From Phallusia mammillata (lineage: Eukaryota), in assembly GCA_965637545.1 (NCBI GenBank), contig OZ281496.1, forward strand, positions 13,950,001-14,014,000: a stretch of 64,000 nucleotides of DNA. Direction: 5' to 3'. Positions 36,991-49,900 of this stretch are shown piece by piece. The notes beneath the pieces are model-generated. The model had not been told where the DNA came from, did no database searches, and saw only the letters and a program-made list of their open reading frames with translations. Every line of letters starts with the position of its first letter. Within the stretch, counting starts at the first letter, position 1. Both the position numbers and the translations under genes were made by a program.

Positions 36991-38192
36991 GTATAACACT
37001 TTGTGAACAAGCTGCGACAAAGAAAATGAGCATTCTGCAAGTGGAGCCGCAACACACGCGGTCAGTTCAGAACAATGAGCGATCCCATCGTTGTAATGTT
37101 TGTGAGAAAACATTTTGTTACTCAAATGTGTTAAAAACTCACATGTTGACTCACAGTAAAGAAAAGCCACATCGATGTAATGTTTGTGAGAAAACTTTCA
37201 GACAGCAAGGACATTTGATAACTCATATGGTGACTCACACGAAAGAGAAACGCCATAAATGTGACGTATGTGACAAAAGATTCAGTCACGGCCAAGGTTT
37301 AAAAACACACATGCAAATTCATACTGAAGAGAAAGCGTACAGATGTGATGTTTGTGACAAAAAGTTTGTGCAAAAAGGAAATTTGAAAAGACACATGGTA
37401 ACTCACACCAAAGAGAAGCCCCATCGATGTGATGTATGTGAAAAAAGATTTGCTAATAGTGTTGGTTTGAAATCACACATGTTGATTCACATCAATCAAA
37501 AATCATATCGTTGTAATGTTTGTGAAAAGAGATTTAGACACAGTGGAAGTTTGAAGTCGCATATGTTGACCCACACAAAAACAAAACCCCATCGATGTGA
37601 TGTTTGTGACAAAACATTTCGCCGACGACATCATTTGACAGAACACTTTTTAATCCACACAAAAGAGAAACCACATCGATGTGAAATATGTGAGAAAACA
37701 TTTAAAATGATATGGGATATGAAAAAACACATGATGACGCACAGTAAAGAGAAACACCTTCGCTGTGATATATGCGAAAAAAGATTCTGCACAAGAGAAA
37801 CTTTAAACCAACACGTGATGATTCACACAAGAGAAAAAAAATTTCATTGTGATGTTTGTATGAAAAGATTTCGCCGCAATGATACTTTAAATCGACACAT
37901 GTTAACCCATACCAAAGAAAAATCTCATAGATGTAATGTGTGTGACAAAAGATTTGCATTAAAAGGATATTTAAAAACACATATGCTGACTCATACCAAA
38001 GAGAAACCATTCTGTTGTTACATATGTGGGAAAAGATCTCGCCAAAAGGGACATCTGAAATCACACATGCTCACCCACACCAATGAGAAACCCCATCGAT
38101 GCGAAATATGTGAGAAAGCGTTTAGCCACAGGGTGAGTTTGAAAGCACACATGCGGACTCATCAGAAACTCCGTGAAAGTTTACCCGCATAA
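36991..38192 (+). CDS. Tandem C2H2 zinc-finger protein B (13 fingers)
   Basis: 13 CxxC..HxxxH units. A splice acceptor TTTTTGGCAG at 36990 suggests the ORF-track start at 36954 is intronic. First in-exon ATG is at 37026. Confidence 0.9.
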
Positions 38193-39392
38193 CAGAGACA
38201 TTTCTGCCACAAAAACGTATTTAATGCGGCTAACTTCGGGCGTATTGGGCTGGTTTGAAAAATGTGTGGCAAGTTGGAAGTGCAAAATTTGACTCAGACG
38301 AAAAGCCACTTCGACGTGATTTCCTTTTCATAATAAATTAGCCTTGTTGTATTTTAGACTTTGACTCACATAATTTTCTGTCGATGTTTTGTTTCTGTAC
38401 TGATTTACTTTTAAAAACTAGCAAATCTAAACCTTTTTTTTTTGACTGTACAAATTGTTCTGCCAAGTGCAAAAATTGCTGGGGTTTATGATGTGTGTTC
38501 ATTGCGCTGTTTTGCATAGAAACTAGGCAAAAAATGTTTCTCGTATCTGGCCCGAAACCGCCTTTCAAAATAAACGTTTTAGCCCCTGAAGTTAACAAAT
38601 TGTGAAATCAGGTCGAATCAAATCCGTTTCGGAGAAATTCACGCCCTGATGACAATAACCAATAAAAATGTGTTTGCTATTGCAATGAATGCAAGGCCCA
38701 ACGGGAATATCCAAATATGATAATATCCACCAAAGAAAGTCTGGCATTGTTCTCGACAAATACCTAAGCGTGTGTGCCAATAAAACTTTTCTGCTATATT
38801 TGAGTGTTATATTTTGATACAGCGATTTAGACCCAGGAAGCGTCTCAACAAAGTGACGAAAAAGATGGAGGAAGGGAATTAATCAAAGGTACAGGTCTGT
38901 ATTAAAAAATATGCAGATCGTAAAGCATACGATGACATTTTCGTTACACGCGAGTTACTAAGCCAGATAGTTTTTCGTAACAGAGACACTTTCAAATTTT
39001 TCTCCGAAAACATCATCCTTCGCCAATTCCCACAATTCTTCTCGGGCACAGTGTTTAAAGTACTCTCCGCTCATTTGAGTAATTTCATCGTCCAATGAGC
39101 AGTACAGAATAGTTTTGGGAGCATATATCGGTTTTCTGCGTAAAATAATATTTTAACTGAAATAAGTGCTTTTGAAATCAGATACGGTCCCAACCATTGG
39201 CGTCCGCAGCGGGGGGCAAGAGGGGGCGCGTTTTTATTACGTCATTGATGGATGTGTCAAAAAGCCATTATGTGAGATACCTTCACTGTGTCTGTTGTTA
39301 CATCTGATATCGTGTATGTAAATTCTACCTCCGTTAAAAATCGTTTGCCAACCTACCAAATATTTCAGTAATATTTAATATTGTGTTTTTTG

Positions 39393-40453
39393 CAGGGGTG
39401 TCCAACTCGAACACACCGCCGTGCCAATTTTGGTTTCAAAATATACTCGCGTGCCAGCCTTCGGTACTTTCTCCAAACCATGTCTTAAACGTCTTAACGG
39501 CACAGGCTCAATCCGAATATTTGGCCAATAGGGTATGTAGAACCCTACTAAACGGTTAGAAAAATATGGGGCACTGCAGTACTTTGTGTGCGTCAAAAAC
39601 TTATCTTTGTTCAAGTTACGTCGTTTCAAATGTTTTTCCAACTAAACACAAGTGCGTTTGTTGTCACGTAATTAATTGAACAGACATCGGTTGAAACGCA
39701 AAAATTACAATTGTTTCGAAATAAACGGGCATTTTATTGCGACATAAACATGGCACGTTCACTAACGTTTTAGCATTATGTGGCGCAACAACTTTCTGAT
39801 ATAAAAATAATTATAATTTTTTTGTTAATAAATTCCACGTGCCAACATTAAACAATGCAATGGGTTTTATACTTTATAGCCGCTTTTAGATGTTGTTATG
39901 TACGTTTGCATTACCGATTCTTAAGCCGCGTTCAATGTCCGTTTGCCAAGCACTGCAACGGCCCAAACTGGATTCAAGATGACTTAAGTTTCGGTCAGCT
40001 ATATTTGAAACGTGACCAATTCTTTAAAAACTAAATCGTTGTTAAAATGACTGATTCGGCAAATCGTCCTTTCGGTATGTGCATACGTTATTGGACGCAC
40101 AGCAAAGACCCCAACCACAAAGTGACCATTTACAATATAATGCGACAGAAACTACAGGCTAAAACACAGAAGGTATCGGCGCTATTGATCAAAAGTCGCA
40201 CCCCTGGCGTTTTTTTTAAGCTCTACGCCTATGGCAAGAAGGCTTTAAATTTTGTTGAAAACGAACAATTTAATTAGTGGGTTGTGTAACTTTACCACTG
40301 GTAATCTTTACAGAGGTTAGAATAAAGGCCAAGAAGAATCAATAGAAACAAATTTAATTGCGTGACAAATGTTTACTATCTAAACGTGTAGAAGCTCGCG
40401 TGCCATTTTTAAATGCTCTACGTGCCACTTTTGGCACGCGTTGGACACCCCTG
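39393..40453. mobile_element. Non-autonomous hAT element (1061 bp)
   Basis: Perfect 14-bp TIR CAGGGGTGTCCAAC, TSD GTTTTTTG / GTTTATTG and GTGCCA subterminal motifs. Confidence 0.9.
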
Positions 40454-40983
40454 GTTTATTGCAATACTTTGCTACATTGGGATTGGCAAGAAAGAGTATC
40501 ACTGTCAGATGATTTTTGTTCCGAAATACCGTTTATTGAACGGCGATGTGACGATAGTTTGCCTTCCCCCGTGTTTTTTCCTGCGGACGCCCATGGTCCC
40601 AACCCTTTCACAAAGTCTCGATTGTGACAAATACACTGTATGAAAGGAAACTAAGTTATAATCACCGTAATGCTAATAATGTGTTAGCTTCATGGCAATT
40701 AATCCTCGCCTTACATGCAAGGCAAGTGTTTGCGTTATTGCTTTCACAACAATTACACCATCTATACTTATGTCATAATTGTTAAAATGGGTTGGGCCTA
40801 TACATGCGAAAGGTTGCTGTGCTTCAATTACATACAATCAAACAAACATACCGTCAAAATAGGAAGTCGATTAAATAGTTTCCAGGTATTCTCAAAACGT
40901 GTGGCAAGGCGACAGCAGTCCATATGTAGTGCCTGTCATAGGCGCCGAGTTTTACAAAAATGCAATGTGGCGGACGTAAATTA

Positions 40984-41071
40984 TGACGTCATATACAGTG
41001 ACGTCACCAATGCGTACAACCACACGAGCACCAACTGACGTCACCAATGCGTACAACCACACGAGCACCAA
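40984..41071. repeat. 37-bp tandem duplication with three TGACGTCA palindromes
   Basis: TGACGTCA at 40984, 40999 and 41036. The unit TGACGTCACCAATGCGTACAACCACACGAGCACCAA occurs twice. Confidence 0.9.
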
Positions 41072-41560
41072 AAGAAAATAGAATCCAACCTTCTTCAATT
41101 TGTTTGGAAATAATATTCATTTGAAACTCTTTGCTTTAACGTTATTATTGGTTTAGCAACGCTTGGAAAACGTTTCGTCATGTTGTTGCTCTTGTATCAT
41201 CAAAATAACTATTTACTACAGTACAATCGCATTGTACACAATAATGGCCATACACTCAATGACAACAATTGTGTGTTTGAGGTCATAAACAAGACACTAA
41301 TTAAAACAGGTTGCAGATTCGGTACGTTTTGTTGCTTTTGTCGCCAGTACCATGTTTAAAAGTAAAAATGTTCCCAGATTTTACGATGTTTCGTACGATA
41401 CCGCTACAAACAAATCAAAATATCCACGGTGACCGACACCGTGCTTCCCGCCACCGCCCACTCTGTAAATAAAAACTAAATTGTCTCTTTGACGTTCACT
41501 CCTACGTCAGAAATTATTTTGTCAACAGACATTAAACAAATATGGTGATCACAGCCTATG

Positions 41561-42318
41561 AGTGGTTCTCAAACTTTTTTTGGTTGCGAAACCTCTGGAT
41601 AAGTTTTCTGGGCTTGCGAAGCACCAGCAAATAAAAGTCAGTGAGGAAACTCATCAATAAACAATTAATTTAAATCTATTAAACACAACTTAGCAAACAA
41701 TTTTATCCTGACTGTTTTTCGGCAAAGTTATAAAACTGCACCCAATACTTTCAGTGCACCCGGCAATCACGTGCGGGCTGTTGTTAATTGTTTTAATTAT
41801 TGCGCACAATTGCTTTGTCTTATATGCTGCAAGGCCCTAATTCAATACGAAATACAATGAAAGTAATGTTTCAACTTACGCACAATATAAACTGATGCAC
41901 AAAAAATTACTGCTGCAACTCGTGCACAATAATTACTTCAGAGTTTGCTAACAATTATACGTTATAACTACCTCAAGCCTTTGCTAGAAAAGACGGCTGT
42001 GTTACACTGCTATGAAGCAAGACCCGTTCACATAATCAAGTTTAATGCCCGCCAAGCTTCGCCCCAGACACGAGCCTATCACGCACTTGCTGCTTGTACT
42101 GTTTGGTATCGATGTACATTAAAGGCAACCGCATTTTTGATCAAAAACTTTTGAGGTAAATTTACGTCAATCCGCACTCTACGCAAAGAGTATTTGGACG
42201 TAGATGTACGTCTACCGCACTAAAACCTCATTTTTATGAGATAAACTCCGTTCAGCCACGAAACGGAAATATTCTGCGACGCACCAGGGCGTCGCGACGC
42301 ACAGTTTGAGAACCACTG
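41561..42318. mobile_element. hAT-type non-autonomous element inserted in the SDR pseudogene
   Basis: AGTGGTTCTCAAACT ... AGTTTGAGAACCACTG, with GCCTATG on both sides (left junction lacks 2 nt). Confidence 0.75.
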
Positions 42319-42961
42319 GCCTATGTTGTAGAGGAATTTGTGACGGATGCAGGGTGTTTTGCCGAATAAAAACTAATTTTGTTGGGCTTCGGAAAGCTAA
42401 CAACAAAGGAAAACGAACTGTCGAGTGTTGTTTTGCTCGTGGGAGGTAATAAGATTGGACAATTACCTGGATGCAATTACCTGCAGTATTCAGTGACATT
42501 GAACCTTCCCAGGCAAAAATTTATGTCCGGGCCGTGTCCAAGTACGTATGGCTTGCTGGTGCAAACATGACAACCGTGTCTCTCAACCTTATATGAATGT
42601 ATGGCTAATGGTTGACATTGAAACACCCCCATACATGGGGCGTACCTCAGGATTATGTTTGGTCCACCTACGTTCCGTACGTACGGCCAGACATTATATC
42701 CATGTCTGGCACATACCTGACAGCCCCTTACTTCTTACGTTGTTGAGCCCCACTTAAACTAACCTGACCCTAACATAAACTAACCTGCCCCTAGCATGGC
42801 CGAGGCTGCTTATCCGTATATCGCCCAGTCAGCCATTCACATCGGTGTTACTGTTTGGCTTTTATTTAAAGTAAAAACGAAATTGAAACGAGCGAACAAT
42901 TGTGAGGAATACGCGAAGTAGAAACGAAATTGAAACGAACGAACGAGTGTGAGGATTACGC

Positions 42962-44827
42962 TTACTCAACGTCTGACAAACAAGGATCGGTTAAACTGCC
43001 GTCCGCTTCGCCATCGGCTGTAGCTGGAAGTTTATCAGATTGGATCATCTGGGGGTCTTGCGATTTGTAACCCTTTGCTCGCAACGCACGACCGCCATCC
43101 CAGTCTGTCACGCCGTTAAAAACTTTTTTCACAGCCGAACCGATTTCATCATGTGTCGCCTTTTGGTGTTGCGTGTATTGCAGAACATCTGAAGAAATAA
43201 GTAATTTGAAACAAAGGTAACACTGTGTCCCTACGCCTGAGGTGCACAACCTTTTCGCTACGACGGCCGCATCGCAGTTCCTTATTTCACCAACGGCCGC
43301 CAAGTGTTTGCTTGTTTTTGTTTTATTACTAAGTATATAGGTTTTTCTCACATATATCCCAACTAATGGCGCCTGAAAAGCACAGATTAATTTTTGACTT
43401 GTTGCACAAATTTAGCTGCGTGATCTAATCTGAAGAACTGTTTATGACGTCATAATCTATATTGTAAAGCAAAAGGTACCTATTTTTCGCATTGTGTGCA
43501 CACAATAGGCATACAAAAGTCTGACGCATATGACTACAATGTTAATAATACTCCAGTACGCATATTTTATGAAACGTGTTCACGGCCGGCCCACAAACTC
43601 GTCTCTGCGGCCGTATGGGACGGTTGTGCACCCTGCCATATGCCAACATTGTAAAAAAGCCAAAAACGTGTCTTACCTGAAAAGAAAGCCAACAATGCAT
43701 GCCTTTTGAAGCTTTTTTTTGTCTGCTGTCTTCCAGGCCCCAAACCACTCCATGAAAATTGTAGGGCAAGATTTTTGGTCATAAAAATCTTTAAAAAATT
43801 TCGAAAAGTGCCGCGAAGACCATCCATTTCAATGACTTTGGCCAATCTAGATTTATCCTGAAACACATAAGAAAAGGAATTAGACCAATTTGCAATCACA
43901 TTTAGTGCACCATAAGAATTTGTTTTTGTTTTTAAAATAAACAACACATTTAAGTTACCTAACATAACAACTAGAATACCATAATCATTAAACAGTAACT
44001 TCAGCATTATTTCTTCTAATACTATAAACTTTAAGCTCAACACTATCTCCGAAAATGAGCCTATTTTAGTATGTAAACTTTGCACATTTATAATATTACT
44101 TACTTTCATCTGTGTGATAATATCCATTAGGCCTTTTTCATTATCTGCAGGTTCTGGCATCCACAGTTCTTTGAGGCATGTATCCTTTTCTTTTATAAGG
44201 TCCAAAAGTGTTTCCAGTTTGGAATCCATCCTGTTAAGTTTATCGAATATCATCGTCAAGGTAGTGGCTACTTGGTGTAGGGTGGGTCCTGGATCTGTAC
44301 GCTTTCTTGGTGAAAGAGGTCTCTTAAAAGTTGCCCTATGTAATAAAACAATAACTCGTTACTCTAGGAGTGGACAACAGTAATGAAAAGTAAATTATAA
44401 GCTGTAATGAACCTCTGTGCTGTGTCGGTGCGTATAAGTGGGGGGATCATCTGCTTATTCACTTTGGGTGCTGAACCTTGGACGTCTCCTTCCTCACTTG
44501 AACATTCTTCTGTTGAAGAATCTACTACTTGTTGTTTTGAATAGCTTTTTTTCACACATCGCTCATATGTATCTACAATTGACAACACTTGTCATGATTG
44601 TGACCAAATCAATACAGTACTAATGTAGTTTTTTACTTACTTGCTTGACATATTATGGAACAAGGACAGGTTGTCCAATCTGCTGCAGGCATGGCTTGTT
44701 TCTGAACAAGTGATTGCATGTTGGTGACATCGTTGGGCCATCTGCACTCACTTGTCCCTACCAGCCACTGTTTGGGTACTATGTCATTAGACCCATCACA
44801 AAATTTAACACATACAAACTGTTTCAT
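42962..44827 (-). CDS. CACTA accessory gene, 5 exons, about 328 aa (DUF4806-like C-terminus)
   Basis: Exons 44827-44641, 44572-44413, 44335-44104, 43857-43677 and 43188-42962 join with consistent phases into one ORF. Motifs IVPKQW...WP, LALQFSWSG...KKSF and V.DWDGGR..R. Confidence 0.75.
43237..43635. mobile_element. hAT-type MITE in intron 4 of the CACTA accessory gene
   Basis: CTGAGGTGCACAACC ... GGTTGTGCACCCTG, with diverged TSD CCCTACGC / CCATATGC. Confidence 0.7.
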
Positions 44828-44858
44828 GTTTTGTTTTTTTCTGCAGATTTAAAACAAG

Positions 44859-46931
44859 TTAGCAATGTATTAAAACAGATGCAACAAACTTTTTCTTATA
44901 GGGCAAAAGAAAACACTTTTTCATTTCACTAGATACCTTCAGAAACAAGTAGGATTTCTGCAAACCAGAAACTTTAAACACTCCAACCATTTTGGAATTA
45001 ACAGGCATGGCAAAAAATGGACGATTACGGGTATACTGTTGAACCACAAAATACACACAAGAATCAACTTTAAAAATGTCACAAACATTGTACACCTCAT
45101 TTCTGTACAAAATGGTAGAATCAGCTTGTGTGTTACGTTTAATAGTAAATTTATTGTCAGGGAACACAAACATTTTCAAATAAGCAACAGCATTGTCATT
45201 ATAAGGGCAATTTGTTATATTGCAAGTTCGTATTACAGCCTTTACAGGTTTAGTAATTGAACTTGACTGACACTTATTGAAACAATCAATGACATTTTGG
45301 TTTTCATAAAACACAAACCGTGCAACTTGCTGCAATGGTTTAAAGCCAGATTTTACACTATTTTTTAAAGCTCCCAAATAGCTTTCAAAAACAAAGCAAT
45401 TTACATTTTCCAACGAACCATACTTTTCATAATCTTCAGGTAAATGAATTAGGCTATGCACATTATAACTAACAAAAGATTTCCCATACAACTGGCAACA
45501 CTTTAAAACAAAATCTTTCAAAAGACAAGTACAATCTTTCACATCCTTACTTGTTAGTTCAGTTGTTAACAAGTATCTCATAGCAACAGCAAAACTTAAG
45601 AAATTGAGGTAGCGCTCAGATGACAAGATATCCTTGTTTTTTAAAATAACCAAGCCAATATACAACAAAAACATCCTAAACTCCATTGCTTTCCAATAAA
45701 GCAAATCAGACATGGGCCTTAATTTTCTATTAAATTCTACAGGGATATAATGTTTAAATTCTTCAATTGCTTCAGATATTTTCTTTATAGCTGTAGATGA
45801 TACTCGGGCTTGGAGTTGTTTTGGGACACCCCGCCACCATAGTAACAATCTTCTCATTACTCCAAGACATGCCAAGTGCATGTAATCCAACACAAACCCA
45901 GATACCATGTCAACATTAAAATTCGACAAGACTGAAACACCCCTATGGTGGTTTGAGTCGACATGAAGCATGAAACTGTAATCTGTTCGCTTGTTGCCGT
46001 TTGTTGATGGCATACATACACGATTGTCACAATAATCCCCTTTAACATCACATCTTTCACAACTGTAGTACCCACAGTGTGACTTAATTAATTTAAGTCC
46101 AGACCTTGCGGGTGCATCACAAATGTATATGCCACTATTTCCCATCTCAAATGTAAACATTTCATTAAAAAATGGATTGGTTTGCAAACATTTTATATCT
46201 TTTAAAAACAAGTCCAAAAAAATCTCTGGATCAGGCATCTCTCGATTTAGCGACTTATTACTGCAGTATATTCCAGCACATAATGGCCGCATTTGTACAT
46301 TCAAAACAGTAACCAAAATTGGATATAGTTTAAAATTAGGAGATGAATTGAACAATGGAAGACCATCAATATTTATCAACAAAAAATACTTGGCTACTGT
46401 AGAAGAAGAACCAACGGTTGACTTGATAATGGATTTAAGACTTGAAGTCCAATTTGTAAAATGAACATACTCTCCAGCAGTGCCCATTGTTTCATAACAC
46501 AGATTTGGGTGGGGTAGCAAGGTGCTGTAACTAGTTGGTAATTCATTATAAAAAGTGTTCATAAGCTTAAGAAGATTTGAAACAGCACTTTTAGATAGAT
46601 TTGGCTCATTAATTGCCCAGTGACGAATTGCATCAGTTAATGATTGCTCAATAGTACTGGCATGATCCGAATTCTTACAAATTATTCTTTCTGGCTCATT
46701 TAAGACAAAGTCATTACAGGAAAAGCTGCCACTGGATGCAGTGTTTTGTATGTCATCAGTTTCAGACAACCGCTGTACATTTGTTTCTTCATTACATACT
46801 ACAGCTGCATCTTCGGTGTAAACAGACTGCATGGTTAAACAAGTGTTGCGTCTTTTTGCTTTTCTTCTCCATTTCTGTGTTCTTTTAAGAGCGCTAAATT
46901 GTTTATACTGGGTACCTTTCCGAGGAGCCAT
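44859..46931 (-). CDS. CACTA/EnSpm-type transposase, 690 aa, uninterrupted
   Basis: INIDGLPLF, ICDAPAR..LK..K.H.GYYSCERC, DYMHL.CLGV, WKA.EFRMFLLY, SYNVHSLIHL, FESYLG.LK and KPLQQV motifs. Confidence 0.93.
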   Translation of the reverse strand: MAPRKGTQYKQFSALKRTQKWRRKAKRRNTCLTMQSVYTEDAAVVCNEETNVQRLSETDDIQNTASSGSFSCNDFVLNEPERIICKNSDHASTIEQSLTDAIRHWAINEPNLSKSAVSNLLKLMNTFYNELPTSYSTLLPHPNLCYETMGTAGEYVHFTNWTSSLKSIIKSTVGSSSTVAKYFLLINIDGLPLFNSSPNFKLYPILVTVLNVQMRPLCAGIYCSNKSLNREMPDPEIFLDLFLKDIKCLQTNPFFNEMFTFEMGNSGIYICDAPARSGLKLIKSHCGYYSCERCDVKGDYCDNRVCMPSTNGNKRTDYSFMLHVDSNHHRGVSVLSNFNVDMVSGFVLDYMHLACLGVMRRLLLWWRGVPKQLQARVSSTAIKKISEAIEEFKHYIPVEFNRKLRPMSDLLYWKAMEFRMFLLYIGLVILKNKDILSSERYLNFLSFAVAMRYLLTTELTSKDVKDCTCLLKDFVLKCCQLYGKSFVSYNVHSLIHLPEDYEKYGSLENVNCFVFESYLGALKNSVKSGFKPLQQVARFVFYENQNVIDCFNKCQSSSITKPVKAVIRTCNITNCPYNDNAVAYLKMFVFPDNKFTIKRNTQADSTILYRNEVYNVCDIFKVDSCVYFVVQQYTRNRPFFAMPVNSKMVGVFKVSGLQKSYLFLKVSSEMKKCFLLPYKKKFVASVLIHC

Positions 46932-49900
46932 GTTTTCTTAATTAACAATATTTATTTAGTATTTAACGGCCTAAAATGGATTGCGTCCAATTTAAAAAAC
47001 AAACAAACAGTAAACCAATACCAAACAAGTATAAATACATCTACAAGTAGCTTGTACCTCAACAAGCTTTCTAAAAACTTACAATCTATCAAAAGCAATA
47101 AAGAACAACTAAGTACATGTAACAAATATTCTGTGATGCTCGTTTCTATTCCTGCCTGCAAGAGGTACATACATAGTTTAACACAAAAGCACAAGTCTAG
47201 CTACAAAGCACGCTTTAAAATTCTGCCTACTGCCATTGCAAGCGCCTCGTGTCGCACTCGCACCGCATTGTCAGGTTTTCGCCTTTGTCTTTTTTGTTGT
47301 TGACCAATCACAGCGCAGCATTGAAGGCGCCAACCAGTTTTTTGAGTAAAACTGCGTCGCCCAAAGGGAGGCTATGCTGCTAAGTGATTGATCGACGTGT
47401 CAGTATCACACAATGGTGGGATTCCATTAGCACAGCGGGGATCGTCCGTTAAAAGCCGATTCTAACTCCTGCTTATTAAATATTGGGCTGGTAATAACAT
47501 TCTGGCAAAACACATCAAAGCTTTTAGACCGAAAAGCAGGCCATAGCGCACAAGTGCTGTCTTTGAAAACATTTGTTTTTATGTAGGCTAGGCGTATACG
47601 CTACCCTTTATTTATGTTTCACATTTTTAAATTCACCCTTCCAAAGTTTCTTTTAATACAGTGTTTAGCGTTTCGCTTTTAAAATGATGTAATATCGAAA
47701 AAGGTCACAACATTAGCCTACTTTAGGCTACCATTTTTTAAACACTTTTATTGACTTCCAATTACGATTCCGTGTCCTAAAAAGAAATGCATCTTAACAC
47801 ATTGATTGCGAACCCTTAGGACCCTGCTTTAAAACAATCTACGTACTGGGTATTTTGCATGTAAAATCTAGCGAAGTCGTGGTACACATAATCGAAGAAT
47901 GGCCGGACTTGACAAATCCTAACATAAACATAGGCACCAGTTCGCCATACAACTTCGGGCATACTCGGTATATGTTTTTGTCGAGTAAGGGCCAAGTATG
48001 GAAACACCACAGGTCAACCTTGCTAACATGTACGGTCATTGTTAGGGGGAGCCGATTATTGGCCGTGAGGTAGATAAGCAGTTGATAAACGTGTGTGAAG
48101 GGCTGACGGCCGCACATAAAAGGTAGATAATTTCTGACTGGGTTGTAGCCCTTTCTTAAGTTCCCTTGTGAAGTAAACATTAGCAAGTTTCGTTTTGGCG
48201 TAAAGCTGGAGCTCAAGCCCTTCTAAAGTTAAAATATCCATGACAAAGAGCAGTTTTTGCAAGCTTTCTTCACTCCAGCTGCACCAAATAATGTAGTGTG
48301 CGCGATTTTGCGAGATTTATGCTAAGGTTAACCGCTAAACCACAAATTAAACAAATACCACCGTCCCTTGCCAAGATAAATGTCTGGTAACACTAGAAAG
48401 GAGGGTGGAAAAACTGTAAACTAAACAAAAGGAGTTTTATATATAATCCGGATAAAGGCGTTAAACTGTAGATATGTCTTTTGATTAGCTCTAGTGCAAA
48501 TCCCGCACGAAAACAGCATTCGATCACAGCAAACATCACACAGCTTAAGCACATGAACAATTTTTCAGAGTCACTTCTACCTCCTACATAAATACGACTT
48601 GGGTATCCCCGTGTCCGAATTATGCCCGGTCTTCTTATACCTATTCACGTGTTTCGTTTTATTCCAAATATAAAGAGGAAACAAACATTAAGCAAAATAA
48701 CTTTTGATAACATGCTGTTATCTAAAACGTTTGGTGTATGTATACGCATAAAAATAACCTTAACTCTCAACAAGTTCCAACGACAGTTCCTGACCAACGT
48801 TTGATTCATGGCCGTGTCTTTTCGTGCTGTTTTTGCCCAAGTAGTTTAAATTAATATACTGTCCTGGTATGTGTTAATGTGCTCTAAATCCCAAATGCTT
48901 TATTAAGAGTGAAATATCAAGACTTGTATATCTAGTTTAGGTTATAATATTTGCAAATGCAAAAGTTCCTTGAAGACTGTGCCTTCTTAGAAGATGTTTT
49001 ATTCGTCGCGCTTCTCATACGAATCCGTTCTCCGACGTTTGACAGCCGGACCGGAATATTCTGACGGCTCCGAATCTTCAAACTAAATTAAACATGGGTT
49101 GTAGATAGTTAATTTTTCAACCAAGATAGAAATGAAATGTTTTGTCTAAGCAATGTTCGTGTGGATGTGCTATAGACATAACTCTAAACGCAGGGGGCGA
49201 AGTGGTCAATATATGGGTTGATAAAAAATGTCATGGGGTCGTTGAGGTGTAGTCGTGGAATGGCTGGACGAAACATTCGAGCTTCGAGGGGCAGGATAAC
49301 TATATTTTAAGAGGTGCAAAAATGCGATTGCACCGGGCTTACAAAAAATCAGTACGCGCGACAAACTTGCAGGGCATTTAACCAAATTTTATCAAAAATA
49401 ATAAAATATTGAACCACTGAAATCAGTACATTGTTACCCAATTTGATCCCAAATGTCGTGGTGTCGCCAAGTTTAACTGGTGATAATCTTACTACTAAAC
49501 TTTACAAATATGTTTGCGCCACTGCTATGGTTTCTGGTACTGGGCTCAAAATTGGGTCTTGTTACAAAAGCTTGGGAACCAACAGTGGTTTTCAATCTTT
49601 TTCACCCGACGACCTGTTTTAGAAACCCGATGCAACTGACGACCCCCAAACATTTCCATCGTTTTTATCGCAATAAGTAGATTAAAATTTGACCATAGGC
49701 AAGGGTCAGGCAGGTAACAAAGTATTTAAAATCATTATTTTTATGTCGTTCTGTTATAATAGGCCGGGATTTAAATATCGAAACATGAAATTGGTTAAGG
49801 ATAGTTACTTTTTTATTGCTTTTCACTTAAAAGTTTTACTTTCGGATTGCAACTCACAGGTTAAAAATCATTGTTTGAGCGATGTTTCAATCGCAACACC

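Larger units (their letters stand above)
42508..48142 (-). mobile_element. Full-length CACTA/EnSpm-type (CMC) DNA transposon, 5635 bp
   Basis: TIRs CCCAGGCAAAAATT / CCCAGTCAGAAATT (12/14) and a 2-bp TSD TT. The empty site GAACC-TT-GTAGCC is visible in the duplicate at about 50655-50667. Confidence 0.92.
41480..48640 (-). pseudogene. Second SDR pseudogene copy, split by the CACTA and a hAT element
   Basis: [20 protein letters not shown] ends at 48143 and GSNVTEY..HPG resumes at 42507. Confidence 0.65.

Noticed and set aside
42263-42507. Templated insertion from 8 kb away at the duplication junction
   Set aside because: It is better explained as copy 1 being split by the CACTA, which the TIRs and TT TSD confirm.
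49431-49622. Duplicated plus-strand ORF MLPNLIPNVVV (also 51921-52121)
   Set aside because: It starts at TTG, lies antisense to a probable exon of the NLR-like gene, and recurs only because of the duplication.
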